From: an uncultured Halomonas sp.
GTDB taxonomy: Bacteria; Pseudomonadota; Gammaproteobacteria; Pseudomonadales; Halomonadaceae
Direction of reading: 5' to 3'
DNA: 64,000 nt
NCBI GenBank assembly: GCA_947493865.1
Contig: CANLTC010000017.1
Span: 5,241 to 69,240, forward strand
In this document: piece by piece, positions 50,692 through 59,928 of the stretch
Layout of the letters: each line of letters starts with the position of its first letter
Numbering within the stretch: position 1 is the first letter of the stretch
The notes under the pieces: model-generated
Told to the model about the DNA's origin: nothing
Databases searched by the model: none
The model's input: the letters and a program-made list of their open reading frames with translations, nothing else
Made by a program: the position numbers and the translations under genes

Positions 50692-51972
50692 ATGGAAGAA
50701 TCCGGTTTCACCCAGCCAGCGCGGAATCAGAACACCACGCAGTCCACTGCCTGGACGAGCCAGGATACGACCTGGATGCTCAGCCTGTTTGGCACCGCCG
50801 TGGGCGCTGGCATCCTGTTCCTGCCCATCAATGCGGGTATCGGGGGTTTCTGGCCCCTGGTACTGATGACGCTATTGATCGGCCCGATGACCTATCTTTC
50901 TCATCGCGGGCTGTCGCGCTTCGTCTGTTCCTCCTCGATCAAGAACAGCGACATCACCCAGGTGGTGAAAGAGCACTTTGGCGAGGGCGCCGGCCGCGCC
51001 CTCACCCTGCTCTATTTCCTGGCGATCTACCCTATCGTGCTGATCTACGGTGTGGGCATCACCAATACCGTGGCGAGCTTTCTCAGTAATCAACTGGGCA
51101 CGACCCCGCCGCCGCGCTGGCTGCTTTCCGGAATATTGATCGCCGCCATGATGGCGGTAATGCTGGCGGGGGAGCGCGTCATGCTCCGGGTCACCCAGTG
51201 GCTGGTCTACCCGCTGGTCGCCATTTTGATATTCATGTCCCTGTATTTGATTCCCAACTGGAATCTGGCAGGCCTTGGCACGTTGCCCAGCGGCGGTGAT
51301 TTTCTCGTTACCGTGTGGCTGACCATTCCGGTGCTGGTGTTTTCCTTCAACCATTCGCCAGCGATCTCCCAGTTTGCGGTTTCCTTGAAGCGCGACCATG
51401 GCGATGGCGCCTCCGCCAAGGCGGATGTCATCCTGCGCAATACCGCGCTCATGCTGGTGGGCTTCGTCATGCTGTTCGTGTTCTCCTGCGTGCTGGCACT
51501 CACCCCGGAACAACTGCTCGAGGCCAAGGCGCAAAATCTGCCGATCCTGTCTTATCTGGCCAACGTGTACGACAGCGGCTTCGTCAGCTACTTCGGCCCG
51601 CTGGTCGCGTTCGTTGCCATCGTCTCGTCTTTCTTCGGCCACTACATGGGCGCCAGCGAAGGACTGAAAGGCATGGTGCGCAACCTGTTACAGCATCAAG
51701 GCAGAAGCGTTCATACCAGCAAGATCAACCGTTTCACCATCGCCTTCATGTTTTTGACCACCTGGGGCGTGGCCATCATCAATCCCAACATCCTCAGCCT
51801 GATCGAGACCCTGAGTGGCCCGGTCATCGCCGCAATCCTTTATCTGATGCCCATGTATGCCATTCACAAGGTGCCGGCGCTCGCCCCCTACCGCGGTCGC
51901 GCCAGCAACGTCTTCGTGACCGTTGCTGGCCTCGTGGCCATGAGTGCCATCCTGTACGGCCTTTTCGGGTGA
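50692..51972 (+). CDS. HAAAP family serine/threonine-type permease (SdaC/YhaO-like)
   Basis: The N-terminus MEESGF...[24 protein letters not shown] parallels SdaC. About 11 TM helices. Confidence 0.85.
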   Translation: MEESGFTQPARNQNTTQSTAWTSQDTTWMLSLFGTAVGAGILFLPINAGIGGFWPLVLMTLLIGPMTYLSHRGLSRFVCSSSIKNSDITQVVKEHFGEGAGRALTLLYFLAIYPIVLIYGVGITNTVASFLSNQLGTTPPPRWLLSGILIAAMMAVMLAGERVMLRVTQWLVYPLVAILIFMSLYLIPNWNLAGLGTLPSGGDFLVTVWLTIPVLVFSFNHSPAISQFAVSLKRDHGDGASAKADVILRNTALMLVGFVMLFVFSCVLALTPEQLLEAKAQNLPILSYLANVYDSGFVSYFGPLVAFVAIVSSFFGHYMGASEGLKGMVRNLLQHQGRSVHTSKINRFTIAFMFLTTWGVAIINPNILSLIETLSGPVIAAILYLMPMYAIHKVPALAPYRGRASNVFVTVAGLVAMSAILYGLFG

Positions 51973-51979
51973 ACGCGCG

Positions 51980-52771
51980 ATGAGTGGCGAACCCCTGAGG
52001 ATTCTTTATCAGGACGAGCAGCTGGTCGCGGTGCACAAGCCTTCCGGTCTGCTGGTGCACCGCACGGCCCTGGCCAGGGGCGAAACATGCTTTGCCCTGC
52101 AGATTTTGCGGGATCAGTTGGGTCAACGCGTCTATCCGGTGCATCGTCTGGATCGCCCCACCTCGGGCATCCTGCTGTTCGCGCTGACGCCTGACATGGC
52201 CAGCGCATTGGCATCGCAGTTCAGCGCCCAACGGGTAAAAAAACGCTATCTGGCGGTGGTGCGGGGAATCGGCCCCGAACAGGAGTGCATCGACTGGCCG
52301 CTGCGGGAAGAGGATGGCCGGCGTCCCAAGGCCGAGATGCCGGCCCAACCTGCCCGAACCGAGATCCACCGCCTGGATAGCGTCGAATTGCCGATTGCCA
52401 TCGACCGCTATCCTCAAGCGCGCTACTCGCTGATGGAAGCCCTCCCATTGACCGGACGACGCCATCAGATCCGGCGCCATCTTTCCCGGCGCGGCTACCC
52501 TATCATCGGGGATGCCAAACATGGCAAGGGCGTGCACAATCGCTTCTTTCGGGAGCGGCTTGACTGTTCGCGCCTGCTACTGGCAGCGGTTGGCCTGAGC
52601 ATCCTGCATCCCACCTTTCAGGCAACGCTCAATCTCAGTGCCGCATTGGATACCGACATGAGCCGGCTGTTCGATCGCCTTGGCTGGTCCGGTCATTTGC
52701 CGGAGAATGGCGCTCGTTGGCAAGATGCCCAGCAAGCCCCATTATCGTCGTTATCATCCACATCGCTTTAG
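51980..52771 (+). CDS. truC: tRNA pseudouridine(65) synthase TruC
   Basis: ILYQDEQLVAVHKPSGLLVHR and HRLDRPTSGILLFA (catalytic Asp) closely parallel E. coli TruC. Confidence 0.88.
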   Translation: MSGEPLRILYQDEQLVAVHKPSGLLVHRTALARGETCFALQILRDQLGQRVYPVHRLDRPTSGILLFALTPDMASALASQFSAQRVKKRYLAVVRGIGPEQECIDWPLREEDGRRPKAEMPAQPARTEIHRLDSVELPIAIDRYPQARYSLMEALPLTGRRHQIRRHLSRRGYPIIGDAKHGKGVHNRFFRERLDCSRLLLAAVGLSILHPTFQATLNLSAALDTDMSRLFDRLGWSGHLPENGARWQDAQQAPLSSLSSTSL

Positions 52772-52789
52772 CCAGAACCACGAGTCTTC

Positions 52790-53602
52790 ATGAATCCCCT
52801 TGAATCCGCCCCCATCGCCGACGATCACGATTTGCGCTTCGGCGGCATTCGCAGGCTTTACGGCGCCCGTGCCGCGGAGCGCTTTCATCAGGCTCATGTG
52901 GTCATCGTGGGGGTCGGAGGCGTCGGTAGCTGGGCAGTGGAGGCATTGGCTCGCGCCGGCATCGGCAAGTTGACGCTGATCGATCTCGACGATGTCTGTG
53001 TCTCCAACATCAATCGCCAGCTGCATGCCCTGGACGGCACTATCGGACGCCCCAAGGTGGACGTACTGGCCGAGCGTTGCCGAGCCATCAATCCGGCTAT
53101 CGAGGTGGTGGCGGATACGGCCTTCGTTACGCCGAACAACCTCGCCGAGCGCATCCCCGAGGGCACGGATCATCTCATCGATTGCATCGATAGCGTAATC
53201 GCCAAGGCGTCTCTGATCGCCTGGTGCAAGCGCCGCAAGATCCGGCTCACCGTCACCGGAGCAGCCGGTGGCCAGACCGATCCTACCCGTATTCGCGTTG
53301 CCGACCTGACACGTACAGAGCACGACCCGTTGCTGGCCAAGGTACGTTCCCGGCTGCGGCGGGATTTCGGCTTTTCACGCAACCCAAAAAGACGCTTTGG
53401 CGTGGAATGCGTCTATTCTGATGAACAGTTGGTCTATCCCGGCAGCGACGGCGAGGTCTGTTTGCAGAAACCCGGCAATGGCGAGGCTACCCGTCTCGAT
53501 TGCGCCAGTGGTTTCGGCGCCGCGACCTTCGTCACCGGCAGCTTCGGCTTCGTCGCCGCGTCCCGCACACTGGCGCGCTTGGCAACCATCGAGAGGTCCT
53601 GA
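52790..53602 (+). CDS. tcdA: tRNA cyclic t6A dehydratase TcdA (ThiF/E1-like)
   Basis: It carries VVIVGVGGVGSWAVEALARAGIGKLTLIDLD in a ThiF-type fold. Its length and sequence match TcdA/CsdL. Confidence 0.88.
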   Translation: MNPLESAPIADDHDLRFGGIRRLYGARAAERFHQAHVVIVGVGGVGSWAVEALARAGIGKLTLIDLDDVCVSNINRQLHALDGTIGRPKVDVLAERCRAINPAIEVVADTAFVTPNNLAERIPEGTDHLIDCIDSVIAKASLIAWCKRRKIRLTVTGAAGGQTDPTRIRVADLTRTEHDPLLAKVRSRLRRDFGFSRNPKRRFGVECVYSDEQLVYPGSDGEVCLQKPGNGEATRLDCASGFGAATFVTGSFGFVAASRTLARLATIERS

Positions 53603-53603
53603 G

Positions 53604-53837
53604 ATGAACCACGAACACTTCCGCCCGGCACCAGGCATCTATCGTCACTACAAGGGGCAGAGTTACGAAGTCATCGGGCTGGCGCAGCACAGTGAAACCG
53701 AGGAGCCACTGGTCGTCTATCGTGCGCTATATGGCGATTATGGCTTATGGGTGCGTCCGCTGGGCATGTTCAGCGAAACCGTCGAGGTTCAGGGAGAGCC
53801 TCTGCCGCGCTTCGAGCTGGAAGTCGCTTTCAAGTAA
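53604..53837 (+). CDS. DUF1653 domain protein
   Basis: 77 aa starting GIYRHYKGQSYEVIGLAQHSETEEPLVVYRALYGDYGLWVRP, typical of DUF1653. The ATG lies 1 nt after the tcdA stop. Confidence 0.8.
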   Translation: MNHEHFRPAPGIYRHYKGQSYEVIGLAQHSETEEPLVVYRALYGDYGLWVRPLGMFSETVEVQGEPLPRFELEVAFK

Positions 53838-54133
53838 TATTTTCACTGCGCTCGTCAATGAACCATTGGCAGATGGCAGGAAAGGTACGATGCTGAAGAC
53901 TGATTCACGCAGCACTCAAGGATGACTCATGTCTGCTTATTCTTCCCTCGCCCTATGGGGTCGCGATCTGATCGCGATCCTTATATTTCTTCTCTGCGCG
54001 CCGGTGCAAGCGGCCCCCGAGGTGTTGTCAGGGGTATCGGCTGATATACTGCTGCGCTTCTTTCAATGACTGACGACCCGGCCAACGGTTCAGGCGCCTG
54101 GCCGGGTATGGCAAACGACCAAACGGAGCTAGC

Positions 54134-54628
54134 ATGAGCACACGGGTAGGCGTCATCATGGGGTCTAAGTCGGATTGGGCCACCATGTGCCATACCGCCG
54201 AAACCCTCGACACCCTGGGTATCGAGCATGAAGTCAAGGTGGTCTCCGCTCATCGCACCCCGGATCTGTTGTTCGATTACGCGGAAAACGCCGCCGGACG
54301 CGGCCTCGAGGTGATCATCGCCGGCGCCGGTGGTGCCGCTCATCTGCCCGGCATGGCCGCCGCCAAGACCTGCTTGCCGGTACTGGGCGTGCCGGTACAG
54401 TCCAGCATGCTCAGCGGCGTGGATTCGCTGCTGTCGATCGTGCAGATGCCCGCGGGCATTCCTACCGGCACCCTGGCCATCGGCCGTGCCGGCGCCATCA
54501 ATGCCGCCCTGCTCGCCGCTGCCATGCTGGGCAACAAGTATCCCGATGTGCGCGAAGCACTCGAGCAGTATCGCCACGAGCAGACCCGGCGAGTGCTCGA
54601 TCATCCCGATCCCAGCCAAGACGATTGA
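54134..54628 (+). CDS. purE: N5-carboxyaminoimidazole ribonucleotide mutase
   Basis: The protein carries [11 protein letters not shown] ... [10 protein letters not shown], which resembles class I PurE. Confidence 0.96.
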   Translation: MSTRVGVIMGSKSDWATMCHTAETLDTLGIEHEVKVVSAHRTPDLLFDYAENAAGRGLEVIIAGAGGAAHLPGMAAAKTCLPVLGVPVQSSMLSGVDSLLSIVQMPAGIPTGTLAIGRAGAINAALLAAAMLGNKYPDVREALEQYRHEQTRRVLDHPDPSQDD

Positions 54629-54640
54629 CCGGAGGTCTGA

Positions 54641-55735
54641 ATGCTACGCATAGGCGTTGTGGGGGGCGGCCAACTGGGCCGCATGATGGCGGAAGCCGGT
54701 GCAGGGTTCGATGCCCGCTTTACCTTTCTCGATCCGTCGGATTCGCCCTGTGCGGCGCTGCATGGTCGGCATATCCACGCGGACTGGAACGACAGTGCCT
54801 CTCTCGCATCCCTTGCCCAGGAAAGCGACGTGGTGACGTTTGAGTTCGAGAACATCAAGGCCGACGCAGTCGCACAGCTGGCTGTCCAGTACCCCGCCTT
54901 CCCTCCGGCCAAGGCTCTGGCTACCGCGCAGGATCGCTGGGCCGAAAAGTCGCTGTTTCGTTCATTGGACATTCCCCTACCGCCGGTCGCCAGGATCGAC
55001 AACCAGGCGGATCTCGACGCTGCCGTTGCCGAGATTGGCCTGCCCGCGGTGATCAAGACTCGCACCCTGGGCTACGACGGCAAGGGCCAGAAGGTCCTGC
55101 GAGAACCGGGTGATGTCAGTGGCGCCTTTTCCGAACTGGGCGCTGTACCCCTGGTGCTTGAGGGATTCGTCGATTTTGATCACGAGGTCTCGGCGATCGC
55201 GGTACGCGGCCGGGACGGCGAGACCCGCACCTGGCCGCTTTCGCGCAATGAGCATCGACAGGGCATGCTGCATTGCTCCATTCCAGCGCCAGGCCATCCT
55301 CTGCAAGCCCTGGCGGAAGATTACATCAATCGAGTATTGACGGCGCTTGAGTATGTCGGCGTGATGGCATTCGAATTCTTTGCCGTGGGTGATGCCCTGC
55401 TTGCCAATGAAATCGCCCCGAGGGTGCATAATTCCGGACATTGGAGCATCGAGGGTGCCGTCACCAGCCAATTCGAGAATCATCTACGCGCCGTGGCCGG
55501 TTTGCCCCTGGGCGAGACAGTGCGCCTGGTGCCTTGTGCCATGCTCAATGTGATCGGCGCCCTTCCCAATCGGGATGCGGTGCTCAATGTGCCCGGCACC
55601 CGTTGGCACGATTACGGCAAGGCGCCCCGCCCCGGGCGCAAGATCGGCCATATCACCGTATTGGCCACCAGTGACGAACAGCTTGGTGAGCGTATCGAAG
55701 CCGTGGAGAAGCTGCTGGTCAACGATCTGGGCTGA
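54641..55735 (+). CDS. purK: N5-carboxyaminoimidazole ribonucleotide synthase
   Basis: 364 aa ATP-grasp protein located immediately after purE. Confidence 0.95.
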   Translation: MLRIGVVGGGQLGRMMAEAGAGFDARFTFLDPSDSPCAALHGRHIHADWNDSASLASLAQESDVVTFEFENIKADAVAQLAVQYPAFPPAKALATAQDRWAEKSLFRSLDIPLPPVARIDNQADLDAAVAEIGLPAVIKTRTLGYDGKGQKVLREPGDVSGAFSELGAVPLVLEGFVDFDHEVSAIAVRGRDGETRTWPLSRNEHRQGMLHCSIPAPGHPLQALAEDYINRVLTALEYVGVMAFEFFAVGDALLANEIAPRVHNSGHWSIEGAVTSQFENHLRAVAGLPLGETVRLVPCAMLNVIGALPNRDAVLNVPGTRWHDYGKAPRPGRKIGHITVLATSDEQLGERIEAVEKLLVNDLG

Positions 55736-55756
55736 TCCTGTTGCTTCCCAACGAAA

Positions 55757-55787
55757 GAAGGCGCCTTCAAAGGGCGCCTTCTTCTTG
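55757..55787 (+). terminator. Rho-independent terminator of purEK
   Basis: Hairpin gaaggcgcc ttcaaag ggcgccttc followed by ttcttg. Confidence 0.7.
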
Positions 55788-55805
55788 TAAGCAAGATACG
55801 TTCTG

Positions 55806-55988
55806 CTATTTCCAAAACCAAGCGAGCGAAGACCAGCACGAAGCCCGCTCCTGCGGGCTAACGCATTTCCCACATCCATGTGGGTCACAAAGCAAAAATC
55901 AGCGATATAACGGAGTTTACGTGTTGTAAATGAGTATATTGAGCTGATTTTTAACGCCGCATGGTCGAGCGCAGCTGGTTTTGAGGCC
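55806..55988 (+). repeat. Family-B structured repeat, expanded copy B2
   Basis: It shares the boxes agcgagcgaag, cggagtttacgtgttgtaaatgag and ttaacgccgcatggtcgagcgcag with B1 and B3. It carries two extra hairpins at 55842-55859 and 55869-55884. Confidence 0.8.
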
Positions 55989-55989
55989 A

Positions 55990-56463
55990 TCAGGCTTCGC
56001 GCATCTGCTTCTGCAGATAATTCTCCAACCCAACCTTGTCTATCAGGCTCAGCTCGGTCTCGAGCATATCGATATGCTCTTCCTCGTCGGCGAGAATGTC
56101 GCGGAATAGATCGCGGCTGACGTAGTCGTGAACCTGCTCGCAGTGGGTGATGGCATCGATCAGATCCTTGCGGCCCTTGTGCTCCGCCGCCAGGTCACTC
56201 TCGAGCATTTCCCGGGTATGCTCACCGATATGCAGCTTGCCCAGATCTTGAAGGTTAGGCAGCCCTTCGAGGAACAGGATACGCTCGATCAGCTTGTCGG
56301 CATGGTTCATCTCTTCGATGGACTCATCGTATTCCCACTTTGCCAATGCCTTGAGGCCCCAGTCCTTGTACATCTTGGCATGTAGAAAATACTGATTGAT
56401 CGCGACCAGCTCATTACCCAGTACGATATTGAGATGTTCGATAACCTTGGCATCGCCTTTCAT
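55990..56463 (-). CDS. bfr: Bacterioferritin
   Basis: 157 aa starting [12 protein letters not shown] with ferroxidase-centre residues and the heme-ligand Met region typical of Bfr. Confidence 0.96.
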   Translation of the reverse strand: MKGDAKVIEHLNIVLGNELVAINQYFLHAKMYKDWGLKALAKWEYDESIEEMNHADKLIERILFLEGLPNLQDLGKLHIGEHTREMLESDLAAEHKGRKDLIDAITHCEQVHDYVSRDLFRDILADEEEHIDMLETELSLIDKVGLENYLQKQMREA

Positions 56464-56634
56464 GGGGATCTCCTTACATTTTTTATAGGCGCAGGAAATG
56501 TGCCCACGCGCTTACGTCTAGCGAAGTATCGCCCAGAATTGAAAAAAAGTCCAACAAAGACAATTAGTTATAGAGATTTCATCGCATTCGCGAAGGGTTG
56601 TCGAATGCCAATGAAAGTGAGGAATATTACGCGG

Positions 56635-56838
56635 TTAGACGGCGTAGGCCAGCTCGGAGGCACCAAACAACTCCTTGGCCACGGCATCCCGCGTGATCGA
56701 CTTGCCCATGCAAGCGCATTTGCCGCACTGGGTAGCGCAGCCTGTCTGCTCCCGCACTTCACGCCAACTCCTGGCGCCCTGCGCCACGACCTGCTGAATG
56801 GTGTTGTCAGAAACTCGCTTGCATAGACATACGTACAT
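56635..56838 (-). CDS. bfd: Bacterioferritin-associated ferredoxin (BFD-like 2Fe-2S)
   Basis: 67 aa from the internal ATG at 56838, starting MYVCLCKRVSD, with the downstream Cys pair CATQCGKC. It lies upstream of bfr. Confidence 0.85.
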   Translation of the reverse strand: MYVCLCKRVSDNTIQQVVAQGARSWREVREQTGCATQCGKCACMGKSITRDAVAKELFGASELAYAV

Positions 56839-56861
56839 GGAATCAGCCTCACTATCGCCCT

Positions 56862-56886
56862 GATAGTGAATGTAAATGATTCGCAT
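56862..56886 (-). promoter_or_regulatory. Candidate Fur box upstream of bfd
   Basis: The AT-rich sequence gatagtgaatgtaaatgattcgcat loosely matches the GATAATGATAATCATTATC consensus, at about 11 of 19 positions in my best register. Confidence 0.3.
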
Positions 56887-56948
56887 AGAGGATTGCAAGC
56901 ACTCTTTCAATGCGTTCCTTGCGTTTTTCCGCGCTGCCTCAAACGGCG

Positions 56949-57401
56949 TCAGGCTTTCTTCCGTTTTCCCTGTTTGGGCAGCACCACCACTCGTGAGTGC
57001 GAGGCGATATCCGGCCAGCTGCGCCGCTCGCTGTCGATCAGTATCCACCAGTAGCCCAGCCCTCCCAAGGCCAAAGAGAACATGGCAGCAATGAATCGCA
57101 CCAGACATTGCGGCAACGATAAGGCGCTACCTTCGATGCTCTGAACCCGCAGGCGCCAGGCCTGCATGCCGAGCGTCATGCCGCCACGCATCCAGAAAAA
57201 GGCAAAGAAGACAAAGGTCACGACCAGCAGCACACTATGAAATAGCGGGCTTTCGCTGGCCTCCCCCCCGTTGAGCGCTACGGCGACGAACCCCACCAGC
57301 ATCCAGACCGCCAGCAATATCAAGGTATCGTAGATCAATGCCCCAAGCCGGCGCGGCAATCCCGCCGGCCATACATCGTCCAGATTGGCAAAACGTCGCA
57401 T
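56949..57401 (-). CDS. RDD family membrane protein
   Basis: 150 aa with three TM helices and an RDD-like N-terminus (PAGLPRRLGALIYDTLIL). Confidence 0.75.
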   Translation of the reverse strand: MRRFANLDDVWPAGLPRRLGALIYDTLILLAVWMLVGFVAVALNGGEASESPLFHSVLLVVTFVFFAFFWMRGGMTLGMQAWRLRVQSIEGSALSLPQCLVRFIAAMFSLALGGLGYWWILIDSERRSWPDIASHSRVVVLPKQGKRKKA

Positions 57402-57436
57402 CTCTTTTCCTTAAATGGCAAATCGTGACTGGCCTT

Positions 57437-58501
57437 CTAGCCACTGCGTCGTAACAAATAAAGCCCCACCCCGACACAAGCCAAGGTCGGCGCAAGCACC
57501 GCCCAGACCGGTGAAAAACCGAATACCGTGGACGCGGGCGCCAGCAGATCCTGCAAATACTTGAATGAAAGGCCCACGATGACCCCATAGAACACGCGAG
57601 TCCCCGCTGCCACGGTGCGCAACGGGCCGAACACGAAGGAAGCCGCTACCAGCACCAGCGATACCATGGTGACCGGCATCAGCATCTTCTGCCAGAAGTA
57701 CAACAGCGGCTGGGTAGGCGTCAGCCCCTGCTGCTTCAAGTAGTTCGCATAGGCCCATAGTTCGCTGGGCGCCTGGCTTTCCACATCCCGTAGCAAACGG
57801 TTGAGCTGCGCGGGGGTGAGTTCGGTATTCCAGCCCTGCCGCACATGATGCTCGGTGTCGGTGCGCTGCTCGGAAAAGCGCGTGATATCGACATCCAACA
57901 ATTCCCAATGGTCGTTCTTCCAGACGGCTCGCGCTGCATGGGTGGCCTCTTCCAGGCGCTTGCCATCGAAACGATAGCGAGTCAGATCGATGACCGTATC
58001 GTCGGCTCGAATGGCGCCGAAGCGATAGAAGGTATCTCCTTCCCGCTGCCAGCCGCCACGCAGGGTAACTACCGCCCCCTTGCCGCTCAACTGCTCCAGG
58101 CGCCAGGCCTGGGCGAACTGTTCCGTGCGCGGGGTCACGAATTCCGCAATCAACAACACGGTGACGATCACCAGGAGTATCGGCTTCATCGCGCTCCAGA
58201 GAATACGTATCAAGGAACGCCCCGAAGCCCGCATTATCGTCAGCTCATTGTTCGAGGCCATGCTCCCCAGCCCTATCAGGGCGCCGATCAATACCGCCAC
58301 CGGGGCATATTGGTAAAAACGCCAGGGCAGGCGCAGGCCAAGATAAAGCAGCACATCGAAGGCGCCATAGCCGCCGTCGACGTCCTTTAGATCATTGATG
58401 AAGGCGATGACCATATCGAGTCCCAGCAGTACCAGCTGTACGACGAATATGGTTGCCAGTACGTTGCGCGCGACATATCGGTCGAGACGATCTGCAATCA
58501 T
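57437..58501 (-). CDS. lptG: LPS export ABC transporter permease LptG
   Basis: The start MIADRLDRYVARNVL at ATG 58501 overlaps the lptF stop by 1 nt (TGATG). It belongs to the YjgP/YjgQ permease family. Confidence 0.92.
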   Translation of the reverse strand: MIADRLDRYVARNVLATIFVVQLVLLGLDMVIAFINDLKDVDGGYGAFDVLLYLGLRLPWRFYQYAPVAVLIGALIGLGSMASNNELTIMRASGRSLIRILWSAMKPILLVIVTVLLIAEFVTPRTEQFAQAWRLEQLSGKGAVVTLRGGWQREGDTFYRFGAIRADDTVIDLTRYRFDGKRLEEATHAARAVWKNDHWELLDVDITRFSEQRTDTEHHVRQGWNTELTPAQLNRLLRDVESQAPSELWAYANYLKQQGLTPTQPLLYFWQKMLMPVTMVSLVLVAASFVFGPLRTVAAGTRVFYGVIVGLSFKYLQDLLAPASTVFGFSPVWAVLAPTLACVGVGLYLLRRSG

Positions 58502-59580
58502 CAGCGCATCCCTCTTAGTTGCGACCGCTGTGTGAGCCACAGGCCAAGCAAGAGATACCCTAGATGGATGGGCCACATGCCGACGATGGCAGGCAGCACC
58601 CCTCGTCCGATCGCATCCAGGGCAGCCAGCAGCAGGCTCAGATAACTGATGTGCAGGAAGATTGCCGGCAGCAATTTGGCGAAGCGACCTTGGCGGGGAT
58701 TGACCTTGGCCAGGGGCAGCGCCAGCAAGGCAAGGATCGGCACCGTCAATGGCAGACTGATGCGCCATTGCAGCTGTGCCAGAGACTTGGCGCTATTCAA
58801 TATCATCAGCTCCTGGGTCGGAAGATATTCGACATCGTCAAGATCGTTCATTTCGGAGGCACGAGACAGCCGCACTGCGTAGATATTGAACTCCAACCGC
58901 TCCGCCTGGGAACGCCCAGGCTCGACGCTGTAACGCTCCCCATCCGCCAGCACCAGAAAGCGGCTGCCGGTATCGTCGTCGACGGTTTGATAGCCGCTGC
59001 TGGCGCGAGTCACCACGGTCTCGGGAGTGCCATCGTCGCGCTGTTGACGCTCGCTGATGAAAACGCCTTGCATGCGCGTGCGGTCGCTGTTCAAGTCTTC
59101 GATATAGGCGGTACGCCCATCGCCGAAATCCTGAAACCGTCCGGGCGCCAGTACCGAAAAGTCCAGGCGGCTTTGCTGCTCCTCGATCAGAATTTCGTTA
59201 TAGCGCGCACCGGAAGGGCCGAGCCACAAGCTGCACACCCCCACCAGGATCGTGATCAGCACCGTCGGCAGCATGGTGACCTGCAACAACCGGTTGGGAC
59301 TGATGCCGCAGGCCACCAGCACCGTGATTTCACTATTGAGATAGAGCTGCCCGTAAGCCAGCAGAATGGCTAGAAAGAAGGCCAGCGGCAGGATCAGTTC
59401 GAGAAACCCCGGTAGATGAAAGAGCATCAGGGTGCCAAGAATGCTGGCCGGAATGTCCCCTTCCGCAGCGGTCGTGAAATAGCGGATGAAACGGCTGCCC
59501 ATGATCACCAGCAGCAATACGCCGGCAACGGCGCTCATGGTAATCAGGATTTCGCGGGTCAGATAACGAAAAATGATCAA
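58501..59580 (-). CDS. lptF: LPS export ABC transporter permease LptF
   Basis: The likely start is TTG 59580, which follows a GGGAGA Shine-Dalgarno site and gives the N-terminus (M)IIFRYLTREIL. The alternative start is ATG 59622. Confidence 0.9.
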   Translation of the reverse strand: MIIFRYLTREILITMSAVAGVLLLVIMGSRFIRYFTTAAEGDIPASILGTLMLFHLPGFLELILPLAFFLAILLAYGQLYLNSEITVLVACGISPNRLLQVTMLPTVLITILVGVCSLWLGPSGARYNEILIEEQQSRLDFSVLAPGRFQDFGDGRTAYIEDLNSDRTRMQGVFISERQQRDDGTPETVVTRASSGYQTVDDDTGSRFLVLADGERYSVEPGRSQAERLEFNIYAVRLSRASEMNDLDDVEYLPTQELMILNSAKSLAQLQWRISLPLTVPILALLALPLAKVNPRQGRFAKLLPAIFLHISYLSLLLAALDAIGRGVLPAIVGMWPIHLGYLLLGLWLTQRSQLRGMR

Positions 59581-59681
59581 GATTGTCTCCCGGGTAGCGT
59601 CCTGGCGCGTGGTAACGTCCATGCAATGGTGCGGTGCTTTGCGTACACTGAGGAGAGTACGGGTACGACACTAGAAAGAAC

Positions 59682-59826
59682 TAGGCTATGTCTGAAAACT
59701 GCCTGCGCTCGCCCATACAGCGTTAAAAATCGACTCAAAGTACTCATTTACACCGCGTAAACTCCGCCTTTTCGTCGATTTTTGCCTTGTCTGGCCATCG
59801 CTCGTCGACTTCTCAGTCAAAGCCTA
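59682..59826 (-). repeat. Family-B structured MITE-like repeat, copy B3 (inverted relative to B1)
   Basis: Its reverse complement aligns end to end with B1. The termini are taggctatgtctgaaaact and acttctcagtcaaagccta. The internal stem pairs 59725-59734 with 59774-59785. Confidence 0.85.
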
Positions 59827-59928
59827 ATACCTTCTCGTTGCCGTGCCGGCATTATCCAGAATCCTCGGACACTTGTCTTGTCGCAGGCGGGTGTCCTAAA
59901 GAGAAACCTCTTGTCCAGTGGAGACACC

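Noticed and set aside
53929-54069. A 46-aa small ORF (MSAYSSLALWGRDLIAILIFLLCAPVQAAPEV...) with a signal-peptide-like core lies in the 296-bp gap before purE.
   Set aside because: It has only a weak Shine-Dalgarno site (aagga). Its third-position GC is clearly lower than in neighbouring genes. I recognise no homology. It cannot be supported without Ribo-seq or conservation data.
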